From NCBI GenBank assembly GCA_023264445.1, contig JAHFMN010000001.1:135928-175877 (forward strand): a DNA stretch of 39,950 nucleotides, in the 5' to 3' direction. Source of the DNA: Candidatus Kaiserbacteria bacterium. GTDB taxonomy: Bacteria; Patescibacteriota; Minisyncoccia; Phycocordibacterales; Phycocordibacteraceae. Made by a program: the position numbers and the translations under genes. This document shows, one piece after another, positions 8,971 through 16,514 of the stretch; positions within the stretch are counted from its first letter, which is position 1, and every line of letters starts with the position of its first letter. The notes below the pieces were generated by a model. That model searched no databases, was not told the DNA's origin, and saw only the letters and a list, made by a program, of their open reading frames with translations.

Positions 8971-10477
8971 AACGATTTGAACCACCATCAGATGGAGTTT
9001 TTACCTTGTAGATAGGTGATAATTCAGCGGTTTTAAATCCAGGATACTGGTACTCAAGGTTTTGAGGAAAGAAGAGTGGCAACAAAACTCTCAGCTCACC
9101 AGGCTCCAATTCTTTCCATTGATTCTGGAAATCTCGCACCACCCCCACAGCGAACTCCAGCATTGAATCTACCGAAGACTCTGGATTGCCAAGTTCCCGA
9201 TATCTCTCCTCCATCTCACGGATGTTGTTTTTACGCTTTGCTGCTTGCGTCATGTAATCAACATTATCAATAACACCATCCATACGCAGTTCCAATAAAT
9301 TCTCCAGTCCTTTTTCTAACTTCTTCAATGTGCGCTTAATCTTGAGTGCTTCTGTGACATTTTCTTTCTGTGTCCTCTCATGAACTACCAGCAATGTTTC
9401 TACAAGAGCGTTGAGAACAGCATCATTTGGGGTAATGTTTCTTACATACTCAGTAAAGTCTCTCTCAAATATTTCCTTTGCCACACTTCCTTTCTTTGGG
9501 CACTCTGGATTTATACAACTGTAATAGGCGTACTTCTTAGTCCTTCCTTTTACAAAACCTCCTGTCATGTGTCTCCAGCAATAGCCGCACTTCAATCCTC
9601 TTAAAGGAAAGTCAGGATTATTCCGATTGCGAGGGGCTTTTCTGCTCTTGTCTCCTCCCCTCATGATCCACTGCGTCTGCTCATACAGCTCTTCTGAAAT
9701 TATTGGCGTGTGCTTGCCTAACACATCTACACCAAGTTTTGGAATCACAACTCTGCCGTAATAGGCAGGATTTCTCAGAATTCTATAAACAAGCTGCTTG
9801 CTTATTTGAAGGTCGTGTTTGCTACGAGCGTTTGTAGTTTTCCTTATCTTGCGAGCTAGTTCTCTGAAAGTAATGGTTCCTCTTGAATATTCCTCATAAA
9901 TGAATTTCACGATTGGTGCCCGTTCTGGGTGTGGAATTATAATTTTCCTTTCGTTCACTATGATGTTTTTGTAGCCCCAAGGAGCCCCAGTAGGCCAATA
10001 ACCCTCAGAGGCTCTCATTCGCATGCCCGCCGTGGTTCTTTCAGAGCGCACAGCATTATCATATTCAGCTTGTGCTGCGAGGATACTTTCAGAGAATTTC
10101 CCCTGTGGTGTGTTCTCAATATTTTCCGTTGCTGATTTCAACTCCACACCATAATCTTTGAAGAACTTGCGAATGGTGTGGTAGTCCAGTGAATTGCGAG
10201 CGAATCTATCTACTTTGTAGATGATGAGATAGCCGACCTTGTCTCTGTTGCTGAGGCAATACCTCTGCATGCGAGCAAGTGCTGGACGCCCAAGAGTTTT
10301 TGCAGAAACCCCTTCTTCTCTAAAGATCTCCAATATCTTCAACCCCTCACGGTTAGCAAGTTCTCTGCAGGATTTCTCTTGACCTGCTAGGGAAAAATTA
10401 TAAGTCTGTTCCTCAGACGATACACGCACATAGATTATTGCTGTTCTTGGTCGTTTATCTGATGTTAAGTTTTCCAT
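8942..10477 (-). CDS. Large serine recombinase (integrase), integrated-state form
   Basis: YVRVSS catalytic Ser, DRFAR, recombinase domain (APWGY, GKHTPIISEELY), zinc ribbon (LKCGYC...YYSC..EC), coiled coil; the stop codon lies inside the tRNA antisense. Confidence 0.95.
   Translation of the reverse strand: MENLTSDKRPRTAIIYVRVSSEEQTYNFSLAGQEKSCRELANREGLKILEIFREEGVSAKTLGRPALARMQRYCLSNRDKVGYLIIYKVDRFARNSLDYHTIRKFFKDYGVELKSATENIENTPQGKFSESILAAQAEYDNAVRSERTTAGMRMRASEGYWPTGAPWGYKNIIVNERKIIIPHPERAPIVKFIYEEYSRGTITFRELARKIRKTTNARSKHDLQISKQLVYRILRNPAYYGRVVIPKLGVDVLGKHTPIISEELYEQTQWIMRGGDKSRKAPRNRNNPDFPLRGLKCGYCWRHMTGGFVKGRTKKYAYYSCINPECPKKGSVAKEIFERDFTEYVRNITPNDAVLNALVETLLVVHERTQKENVTEALKIKRTLKKLEKGLENLLELRMDGVIDNVDYMTQAAKRKNNIREMEERYRELGNPESSVDSMLEFAVGVVRDFQNQWKELEPGELRVLLPLFFPQNLEYQYPGFKTAELSPIYKVKTPSDGGSNRLVTLQRIEL
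8960..8968 (+). repeat. att core, left junction (TAGGGTCAC)
   Basis: 3' end of tRNA-Glu, identical to 16506-16514. Confidence 0.85.
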
Positions 10478-10576
10478 AGCGATATAGTCCTTATCACGCC
10501 TCCCTTAATTTCCGCTCGTTTTTGCGAAAGAATCAAGGGGAGGCAAGATGTGGGAAGTTTGATTAGTGGGTGGAAA

Positions 10577-10593
10577 TTGGTTTATAAACCCAA
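10577..10593. repeat. 17-bp site TTGGTTTATAAACCCAA, copy 1
   Basis: Contains the perfect palindrome GGTTTATAAACC; identical copy at 13631-13647. Confidence 0.8.
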
Positions 10594-10597
10594 AAAC

Positions 10598-10810
10598 CTA
10601 ATCCGGTGGGCTCCGTCCCTCTCCACACTCTGTTTCTTGTTTAGGAGCCAGTTTTGGGTGTTTAGGTGTGTGGCGTACCCAAGTTCTATGAAGTTCTTCA
10701 GCTACAGCGAAGAACTTATCAACTAGGTCGCCATCTTCTATCTGTTTTCCCGATAATCCAGCCTGAAGAAGCGCATTTTTAATACGCTCCCTCTCATGAG
10801 GGAGAAGCAT
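10598..10810 (-). CDS. Small hypothetical protein upstream of the integrase (70 aa)
   Basis: ORF co-oriented with the integrase; N-terminus resembles the adjacent 45-aa ORF. Confidence 0.65.
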   Translation of the reverse strand: MLLPHERERIKNALLQAGLSGKQIEDGDLVDKFFAVAEELHRTWVRHTPKHPKLAPKQETECGEGRSPPD

Positions 10811-10819
10811 GGCTCTGAA

Positions 10820-10957
10820 TTAACGGCTGTATGAGCGAGCCACCACGCAATTGATAATGCCGTCAATAAGTGCCTCCTTCTCTTCGTTGGAGTAGCGGCG
10901 TTTTGTTCTGTCTAGGAGAATATCCTTCAATCTCTTTCGTTCAAATGGATTAAACAT
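10820..10957 (-). CDS. Small hypothetical protein (45 aa, not in the ORF track)
   Basis: Manual translation MFNPFERKRLKDILLDRTKRRYSNEEKEALIDGIINCVVARSYSR*, ending 9 nt before the next ATG. Confidence 0.6.
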   Translation of the reverse strand: MFNPFERKRLKDILLDRTKRRYSNEEKEALIDGIINCVVARSYSR

Positions 10958-10982
10958 AATGAACTTATTGCCCCGAACATAT

Positions 10983-11236
10983 GCTGTTTCAAAAATGAAA
11001 ACAGCCTAATGTCCGAAAGCGATTACCAGCCCCATGGATGGAGCTAACGAGGTAATCACTTCAAGGCATTAAGCTGTCTCCGATCAGTCCTGGCTCCCGT
11101 GAGGGCTCACCAAGCTGCATGGACTTTTTTCCTGACCCCGGAAGTTATAGCAACTCAGCCGGTCTAGGAGCTCATGCGTCGGGTTGTCCCGATGGTGTCA
11201 ATAAAAGTGTTTTCCATTTACCAGAACGAATCTGGC
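10983..11236 (-). ncRNA. Multi-hairpin leader/sRNA ending in a terminator-like stem
   Basis: Five successive hairpins after a TTGCAC-16-TAAAGT promoter (11270-11243); the final long stem 11077-11001 is followed by UUUCAUUUUU. Confidence 0.55.
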
Positions 11237-11271
11237 ACTTCTACTTTAACAAATCAATATTTTGGTGCAAG

Positions 11272-11294
11272 TTCTACAGATATCTTTTGTAGAA
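11272..11294. promoter_or_regulatory. Inverted repeat, candidate operator
   Basis: TTCTACA-N9-TGTAGAA abutting the leftward -35 box, between divergent units. Confidence 0.45.
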
Positions 11295-11336
11295 AATTAG
11301 GATAAAATGGGGGTGTTACCAGCTAAGAAATCCAAT

Positions 11337-11504
11337 ATGGCAAGCGGCAAGCACTCAAAGTCATTCAAGCTTGGACGAGATGCTCTTACTGGGGAATTTG
11401 TTCCCGTTGCACAAGCAAAGAGAAGCCCGGGACGATATGTCATTGAGCATGTTCCCAAAGCAGGTCACGGAGATGTTCCGAGGTTGCATAAAAAGCACAA
11501 GTAA
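11337..11504 (+). CDS. Small basic protein with GRDAxTGxF motif
   Basis: KLGRDALTGEFVPVAQAKRSP...VIEHVP; 55 aa from ATG 11337. Confidence 0.7.
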   Translation: MASGKHSKSFKLGRDALTGEFVPVAQAKRSPGRYVIEHVPKAGHGDVPRLHKKHK

Positions 11505-11553
11505 GAGAACTCTGTGTTTATTTTAGTTGCGCGTTTCATTTAATCAGTTCTGC

Positions 11554-12252
11554 ATGACCGAGGAGGAACAAATCGCACTAATTAAGAAACGAGAGGAGTG
11601 TGTAGAGAAGTATTTCAAGCACCATCGTGCAATCCAGACACTTAAGAAATTATCTGGAGATAAGCCCTTGACTCGCAAACAGGAGGTTTTAAGCGAATAT
11701 GGACGCTGGTTAGCACAGGTTGAATCCGCCCACTCCAGACTTGAGAGATATCCTATTTGGCTATCTTCCACAAATTCTGCTGTTGAAAGAAGAGGAATTT
11801 CACGAGTAGATCAATTCACATATCATATAGAGAACTACCTAGCCGCTGTCTATATTTTAAATGAGAGAGTCAGAAGACTGGTTAGTTATCTAGAGAAGCG
11901 AGGTGGCAGAAAACGCTGCAATACAACAACAATAGAATCTTTGCGAAAGGCTAGAAGAACATTCATGCTGTCACTAGATCCTCTTATGGAAATTAGGAGA
12001 AGACACACCCACGAAAAACACTTCAACGACAAAGAGCTCACAACGATGGAAATGGCCGATAAAGCAGGAGAATTTTCAAAAGACCCATCTGAAAAGAAAC
12101 AATTTAAGGGCTGGGCGATAATCCTACTACGCTTTCAACGCCACAGATGGAAGAAGATGTTGAAAAATAACAATCGGAATTTCTCTGTTTTACTTGGCAT
12201 GATTTACGAGCCGGCTGACAAGCTCGTATGGGAAATCTACCAAAAGACCTGA
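11554..12252 (+). CDS. HEPN-domain putative RNase (Cthe_2314-like)
   Basis: All-helical appearance, YHIENY...ER segment and R-x4-H motif (RRRHTH). Confidence 0.7.
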   Translation: MTEEEQIALIKKREECVEKYFKHHRAIQTLKKLSGDKPLTRKQEVLSEYGRWLAQVESAHSRLERYPIWLSSTNSAVERRGISRVDQFTYHIENYLAAVYILNERVRRLVSYLEKRGGRKRCNTTTIESLRKARRTFMLSLDPLMEIRRRHTHEKHFNDKELTTMEMADKAGEFSKDPSEKKQFKGWAIILLRFQRHRWKKMLKNNNRNFSVLLGMIYEPADKLVWEIYQKT

Positions 12253-12261
12253 GCTGTTGCT

Positions 12262-12290
12262 TTGCTCTACCGTCTTTATGGGGGTAAACT
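12262..12290 (+). promoter_or_regulatory. sigma70 promoter
   Basis: TTGCTC-17-TAAACT. Confidence 0.55.
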
Positions 12291-12349
12291 TCTATATGAC
12301 CTAAACCAGTGGCTTGCCGCTGGCATGGTCTCAAAATCATAGGACATGG

Positions 12350-12428
12350 AAAACCCGTCATCACGGCATGTCCTATGTTGCAGGGGGAAACTCCTGTAGA
12401 CCCGCAAGGGTTCGTGGTGGCGGGTTTT
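12350..12428 (+). ncRNA. c4-like antisense RNA
   Basis: 16-bp closing stem AAAACCCGTCATCACG/CGTGGTGGCGGGTTTT, GAAA and GCAA tetraloop hairpins, single-stranded CATGTCCTATGTT complementary to sites at 12338-12348 and 12448-12459. Confidence 0.75.
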
Positions 12429-12463
12429 GTGTTGCTTTTATTAGAAAAACATAGGACATAGTT

Positions 12464-12967
12464 ATGGACGCAAAAATCACATACGGAGTAGTTGGTACTC
12501 TGGTAGTTCTTTTGGCGGTTTCCGCATACTTCAATTTTCAATCAAAATCAGATGCCTCAACGACTGAAAATGCACAACAAGTAGAACAAACTGACACCTT
12601 GACTAGAGTAACCAGTTTATACAATCGGATGCTACCGAGTTTACCTCCGCATGACTTGTACTGTGTACCCAGCACGAAATCTTATTGCAATGTAGACGGG
12701 TGTAAGAATGTGGAGGCAAATGTCTTCGTGCTTCTAGGAAGAAAACAGAGTGGAGATAGTCTATTTATGGCTCGGTGTGATAATCAGCCCTGTGATATTT
12801 ATGACGTGAATCTCTCACAGTCTGGTGAATTTACGACCTTTGAGACAAAAGAACCTCATGGGATCTTGTTTAGGACATCTAACTTAGACCAGAGCTACAT
12901 TGAGGCTGTAACGCTAGGGACAGAATCTTTTGTTTCAAACGGTTTCTGTGCTCAGAGTAAAAAATAA
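12464..12967 (+). CDS. Membrane-anchored/secreted Cys-containing hypothetical protein
   Basis: N-terminal TM helix, six Cys in the soluble part, AGGA SD. Confidence 0.8.
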   Translation: MDAKITYGVVGTLVVLLAVSAYFNFQSKSDASTTENAQQVEQTDTLTRVTSLYNRMLPSLPPHDLYCVPSTKSYCNVDGCKNVEANVFVLLGRKQSGDSLFMARCDNQPCDIYDVNLSQSGEFTTFETKEPHGILFRTSNLDQSYIEAVTLGTESFVSNGFCAQSKK

Positions 12968-12971
12968 TGCT

Positions 12972-13517
12972 ATGAAATATCTTGCACCATTCATTCTATC
13001 GGTTCTGATGATATTCCCAGTCTCTGTATCAGCAGCAACTCTTACGCAGAATCAAATCAATGCAATTATCAGCGTTCTCATGGCATTCGGCGTTGACCAA
13101 GCAACCATAAATGCCGTGTCTCTGGCTCTTGCTCCCGTAGCACCAGAAACTAGCATAGCTCCTCTATATCAGCCACCACAGCCTGTGCTTGATACCCAAG
13201 CACCAGTTATAAATCTTAATAAACTTGCAAACTACTTCAAGACAAACAAGTTCTTCAGTAATGGTATCTATGGCACTGCAGGTATACAAGAATCAAATTA
13301 CATCAGTGATACTGGTTCTGGTGTGGCTACTGTCCAGTGGTTTGTAGATGGAGTTTCTGTTGCTCCTGCTCATGATTGGAATTATGGAAATGGAAAGTTT
13401 GCTCTTGATGTGACCAAGTATTCTAATGGCGAACACACCCTTAGAGTTACAGCAGTAGATAAAGCCGGAAATAGCAGCAGTGCATCAATCACAATAACAG
13501 TGAAGAACCCGAACTAA
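12972..13517 (+). CDS. Secreted protein with C-terminal bacterial Ig-like domain
   Basis: Signal peptide (..VSA), helical LTQNQINAIISVLMAFGVD segment, Pro-rich linker, VQWFVDG...NGEHTLRVTAVDKAGN. Confidence 0.8.
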   Translation: MKYLAPFILSVLMIFPVSVSAATLTQNQINAIISVLMAFGVDQATINAVSLALAPVAPETSIAPLYQPPQPVLDTQAPVINLNKLANYFKTNKFFSNGIYGTAGIQESNYISDTGSGVATVQWFVDGVSVAPAHDWNYGNGKFALDVTKYSNGEHTLRVTAVDKAGNSSSASITITVKNPN

Positions 13518-13630
13518 TGTTTAAAAAACAATAAAACATAGACTTCAAAATCAATTTATCTAATCCATAAATCAAAGAGAGTCGTGTTTTGAAAAACTGA
13601 TTAATAAATCAAGATATCAAGTTTGAAATT

Positions 13631-13647
13631 TTGGTTTATAAACCCAA
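13631..13647. repeat. 17-bp site TTGGTTTATAAACCCAA, copy 2
   Basis: Identical to 10577-10593. Confidence 0.8.
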
Positions 13648-13694
13648 TAATCCAATCTACAAAGCAGACGATAATCAATTACATCTCTAAACAA

Positions 13695-14744
13695 TTACCC
13701 CTGGTTCTTTATTCCCATTAAATCATTAACTATTTGCAATACTGGCGTACTGCTTTCTTTCTCGGTTTTAGATACGAAACCTATTGGCGCATGCTTGAAC
13801 ATTGATTCCGTTGCATTTTGTAACATTTCCGATAAACGAGGTTTTTCCTGTTGCTCTTCAACAGCAATGAAATCTTCCAAGGTACGAGCAACTGCTGCTC
13901 TATGGCGATTCACAGCGGCAAGATGTGAATTAACATTGTAGTTCTTCACTATAAATGAAAGTCCATACCAGAGGGAAGCAATTATCACTAGTTTAGCGAT
14001 TCCTATACTCCAAATAGCACCAGCATCTATTGCTGTCCCTGGAACAGCCGAAACCTGACTAAAGTATGAGACGGCAAGAAAGCCAAGATACCAAAGAATG
14101 CCCAACAGGATAGCGTAGCTAGCAATCACAGCCCAAAACCATTTGTCAGCCGCTTGCTTGTAGTTCCTTGTTTCTAGGTCAAAGTGTGATGCAAGACGAA
14201 CAGCGGCACGCTCTCCTTTTGCAGAGCCAACTTCTTTCCCAGCGATTCTAAGTTTCTCTGTTTCCTCACGCACCTTTTTGAGTTCATTTTCAAGATCTGT
14301 ACGAATCTGGATAACCTTTTTTACTTCCTCATCGGTCTGTTGCTGGTTTGGGTTTTCTCTGCGTCTTTCTTCACGGAGAAAAGTAAGAATCACCATTACG
14401 ATCTGTCTGTAAACAGTATCGTAAAAACCATCTACTCTTGCTTCAAAAGCATCATGCTCTTGTTTAGCATTTTGGACAGCTCCAATATCAAATTTACGCA
14501 ACCATTGAAGATGCTCTACCAGTTGATTTATCAAAGACTCCACCTGACCAGCCTCACTCCGAAGCAATAAATCTTTATATCCCAAATCATATGCCTCTTT
14601 AAGCCAGCTTTGTGCTTTGGACAGTTTCTCGTTTGCTCTATCAAATACCAAACTCCCAAAGCGACTATTATCCATGGCGAGTTTTGCCACCTTCACATCA
14701 AATACATTCTCAGCCGTTATATCTTTTTGTTCTTCAGAAGCCAT
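13695..14744 (-). CDS. Coiled-coil plus two-TM membrane protein (possibly DUF6161-like)
   Basis: Long helical N-terminus, two hydrophobic helices, NRHRAAVARTLEDF...MFKHAPIGF tail. Confidence 0.75.
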   Translation of the reverse strand: MASEEQKDITAENVFDVKVAKLAMDNSRFGSLVFDRANEKLSKAQSWLKEAYDLGYKDLLLRSEAGQVESLINQLVEHLQWLRKFDIGAVQNAKQEHDAFEARVDGFYDTVYRQIVMVILTFLREERRRENPNQQQTDEEVKKVIQIRTDLENELKKVREETEKLRIAGKEVGSAKGERAAVRLASHFDLETRNYKQAADKWFWAVIASYAILLGILWYLGFLAVSYFSQVSAVPGTAIDAGAIWSIGIAKLVIIASLWYGLSFIVKNYNVNSHLAAVNRHRAAVARTLEDFIAVEEQQEKPRLSEMLQNATESMFKHAPIGFVSKTEKESSTPVLQIVNDLMGIKNQG

Positions 14745-14832
14745 GGATTTTCATTGGAAATATTATACACTCTTACCATGTTTTACCGCATTTTTCAAGC
14801 AATAGAGCACTCTTTTGTGGTATGATTTTCGT

Positions 14833-15030
14833 ATGAAATGGATCTGGGAGAGAATCAAATTGAGCTGGGTAAATATCCTGTTGATTATCGCTATATTCTC
14901 ACTCTACATTTTCCTGTTCAATGACTATTTTGAGGTTGACCCTTATGGAGATGGTACTGCTTTCTACTATGCTTTGTGTGCTACTTTCCTTACAGTTTAT
15001 CTATGGAACAGGCAACAAATTACAAAATAA
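14833..15030 (+). CDS. Small two-TM hypothetical protein
   Basis: Hydrophobic ORF; TATGAT just before the ATG. Confidence 0.6.
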   Translation: MKWIWERIKLSWVNILLIIAIFSLYIFLFNDYFEVDPYGDGTAFYYALCATFLTVYLWNRQQITK

Positions 15031-15278
15031 TTGCTGGGTTTTTATTGCTTGTTCTTTTTCTATTGAATTTTCAACTGCATGATTCAAGAAAAGAGAACGC
15101 TATTTTGCAGGATCGGTTAGATGAATATCAATCAGCATTAAGCGAAGCTAACGACAATATTGATTCAGCAAATTCTATGATTGAAGACGCCCAGAGCTAT
15201 GCTTGGTCAAGCTATGAAGATATGGGATACGCTCTAGAGAATCTAAGCACAGTGGATACTGTGTGGGATCCCTACTAA
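15003..15278 (+). CDS. Single-TM coiled-coil hypothetical protein
   Basis: TM helix then acidic heptad-like segment. Confidence 0.65.
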   Translation: MEQATNYKIIAGFLLLVLFLLNFQLHDSRKENAILQDRLDEYQSALSEANDNIDSANSMIEDAQSYAWSSYEDMGYALENLSTVDTVWDPY

Positions 15279-15280
15279 AT

Positions 15281-15820
15281 ATGGACATTATTTACACAAT
15301 ATTAATAATTGGAGCAATCTGGTATGTTGGTAAATTGCTTTTACAACAAGCACCAACTAAACGAATTGAAAAATATGAGGAATTTGCAGAGGTGATGTTT
15401 AGGTCATATCAAACCACAAACAAAGTTTCCTTTGGCGAGGAGAAAGATCCACCAGAAGTATCCAGGATGAGGGATTGGTATATACGGCTAAAGGAAAAAT
15501 ACAAACACGACCAGACAAAACTTGTCCAGTTAGCGGAGGACTGGAAAGATTATGCTTTTAATTTAAGTAGCAAGAATATCAATCATTATCTTTGGCTAGA
15601 GGATGAGGATAAAGAAAGTAGCGATGAGCGTTATGGAAAGACACGAGAAGCACACATGAAAATAGAAGAGATTGAAAATAGATTCGCTAACATGCTTGAC
15701 CCCCAATATTATCTAGATTTGGTGGCTGAAAGAAAGAAGAAACAAGAAGAAGTTGAAGCATTTTGGGAATCTCCAGAAGACAGGCGTTATTTAAAAGAAA
15801 CACCGGCTACAGAGCCATAA
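15281..15820 (+). CDS. Single-TM hypothetical protein
   Basis: N-terminal TM, charged helical body. Confidence 0.7.
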   Translation: MDIIYTILIIGAIWYVGKLLLQQAPTKRIEKYEEFAEVMFRSYQTTNKVSFGEEKDPPEVSRMRDWYIRLKEKYKHDQTKLVQLAEDWKDYAFNLSSKNINHYLWLEDEDKESSDERYGKTREAHMKIEEIENRFANMLDPQYYLDLVAERKKKQEEVEAFWESPEDRRYLKETPATEP

Positions 15821-15840
15821 AAACAGAGTATGATGATTCT

Positions 15841-16362
15841 ATGAATACTGAAAAACCAAATGTTGGACTCGTTATACTAATCACAGCTGTCATAGTAGGG
15901 GGTGGTGTGTATTATTTTACCACTGGTGCAAAAAATCTTGATACTAATAATGCGGTTCAGACAACTTCCACACCGAATCAAACATCTAAAGAATATGCTG
16001 TAATGGGACGTCAACTTTGGAGTGCATTTCAGTGTGCGTCATGGGCTTCTGTAACGGGAGACAGCGAAGAACAAGAAAGACTTTTCTTATTTGGCTATGC
16101 GCAAGGAAAGACATTCCTTGAAGCGTTGAATTCTGAGAAGATTCAGCGAGATGACATATCTGAGAATGTCCCTATTGTAGTCACGATGCTTCTTCAAGGA
16201 CCAACGGAAGAATTTATACTGGGTAGACTTTTTGAAAATGCACAAGACAGTGCACTAAAAGATGTCTTTCAGACCGGGAATGAATATAATTCAGAGAGTT
16301 TACGAGAAATCATTGCTGGAAATAAGTACAGGGAGAGTAATTGCCAACTGATTGGAGAATAG
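15841..16362 (+). CDS. Single-TM hypothetical protein
   Basis: GLVILITAVIVGGGVYYF anchor, two Cys. Confidence 0.75.
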   Translation: MNTEKPNVGLVILITAVIVGGGVYYFTTGAKNLDTNNAVQTTSTPNQTSKEYAVMGRQLWSAFQCASWASVTGDSEEQERLFLFGYAQGKTFLEALNSEKIQRDDISENVPIVVTMLLQGPTEEFILGRLFENAQDSALKDVFQTGNEYNSESLREIIAGNKYRESNCQLIGE

Positions 16363-16405
16363 CAGGAGTTTTAACTCTATTAGGGGAGTATTTCTAACTC
16401 CTGCT
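16361..16405. terminator. Hairpin at the right end of the element
   Basis: AGCAGGAGTT/AACTCCTGCT 10-bp arms. Confidence 0.5.
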
Positions 16406-16514
16406 TGACTGGCATAAATCCACGCTTTTGGAGAGAAGCGAACTTAACGGCTGCCTTGCTGATTGCCTCCAATTGCTCCACTAAGGGTTTTGAATCTGGT
16501 ATCGTTAGGGTCAC
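16380..16514 (-). other. Detached alternative C-terminal coding segment of the integrase (joined only after excision)
   Basis: Open for 44 codons from the att core in the integrase frame: VTLTIPDSKPLVEQLEAISKAAVKFASLQKRGFMPVKQELEILP, then TAA TAG. Confidence 0.7.
16506..16514 (+). repeat. att core, right junction (TAGGGTCAC)
   Basis: Identical to the tRNA 3' end; contains the murF stop codon. Confidence 0.85.

Larger units (their letters stand above)
8960..16514. mobile_element. Integrative element in tRNA-Glu, mobilised by a large serine recombinase
   Basis: Direct repeat TAGGGTCAC at 8960-8968 and 16506-16514; visibly AT-richer than the flanks; recombinase at the left end; host genes resume exactly at the right repeat. 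Confidence 0.88.

Noticed and set aside
8960-16514. Prophage interpretation of the island
   Set aside because: No capsid, terminase, tail, replication or lysis genes recognisable in 7.5 kb.
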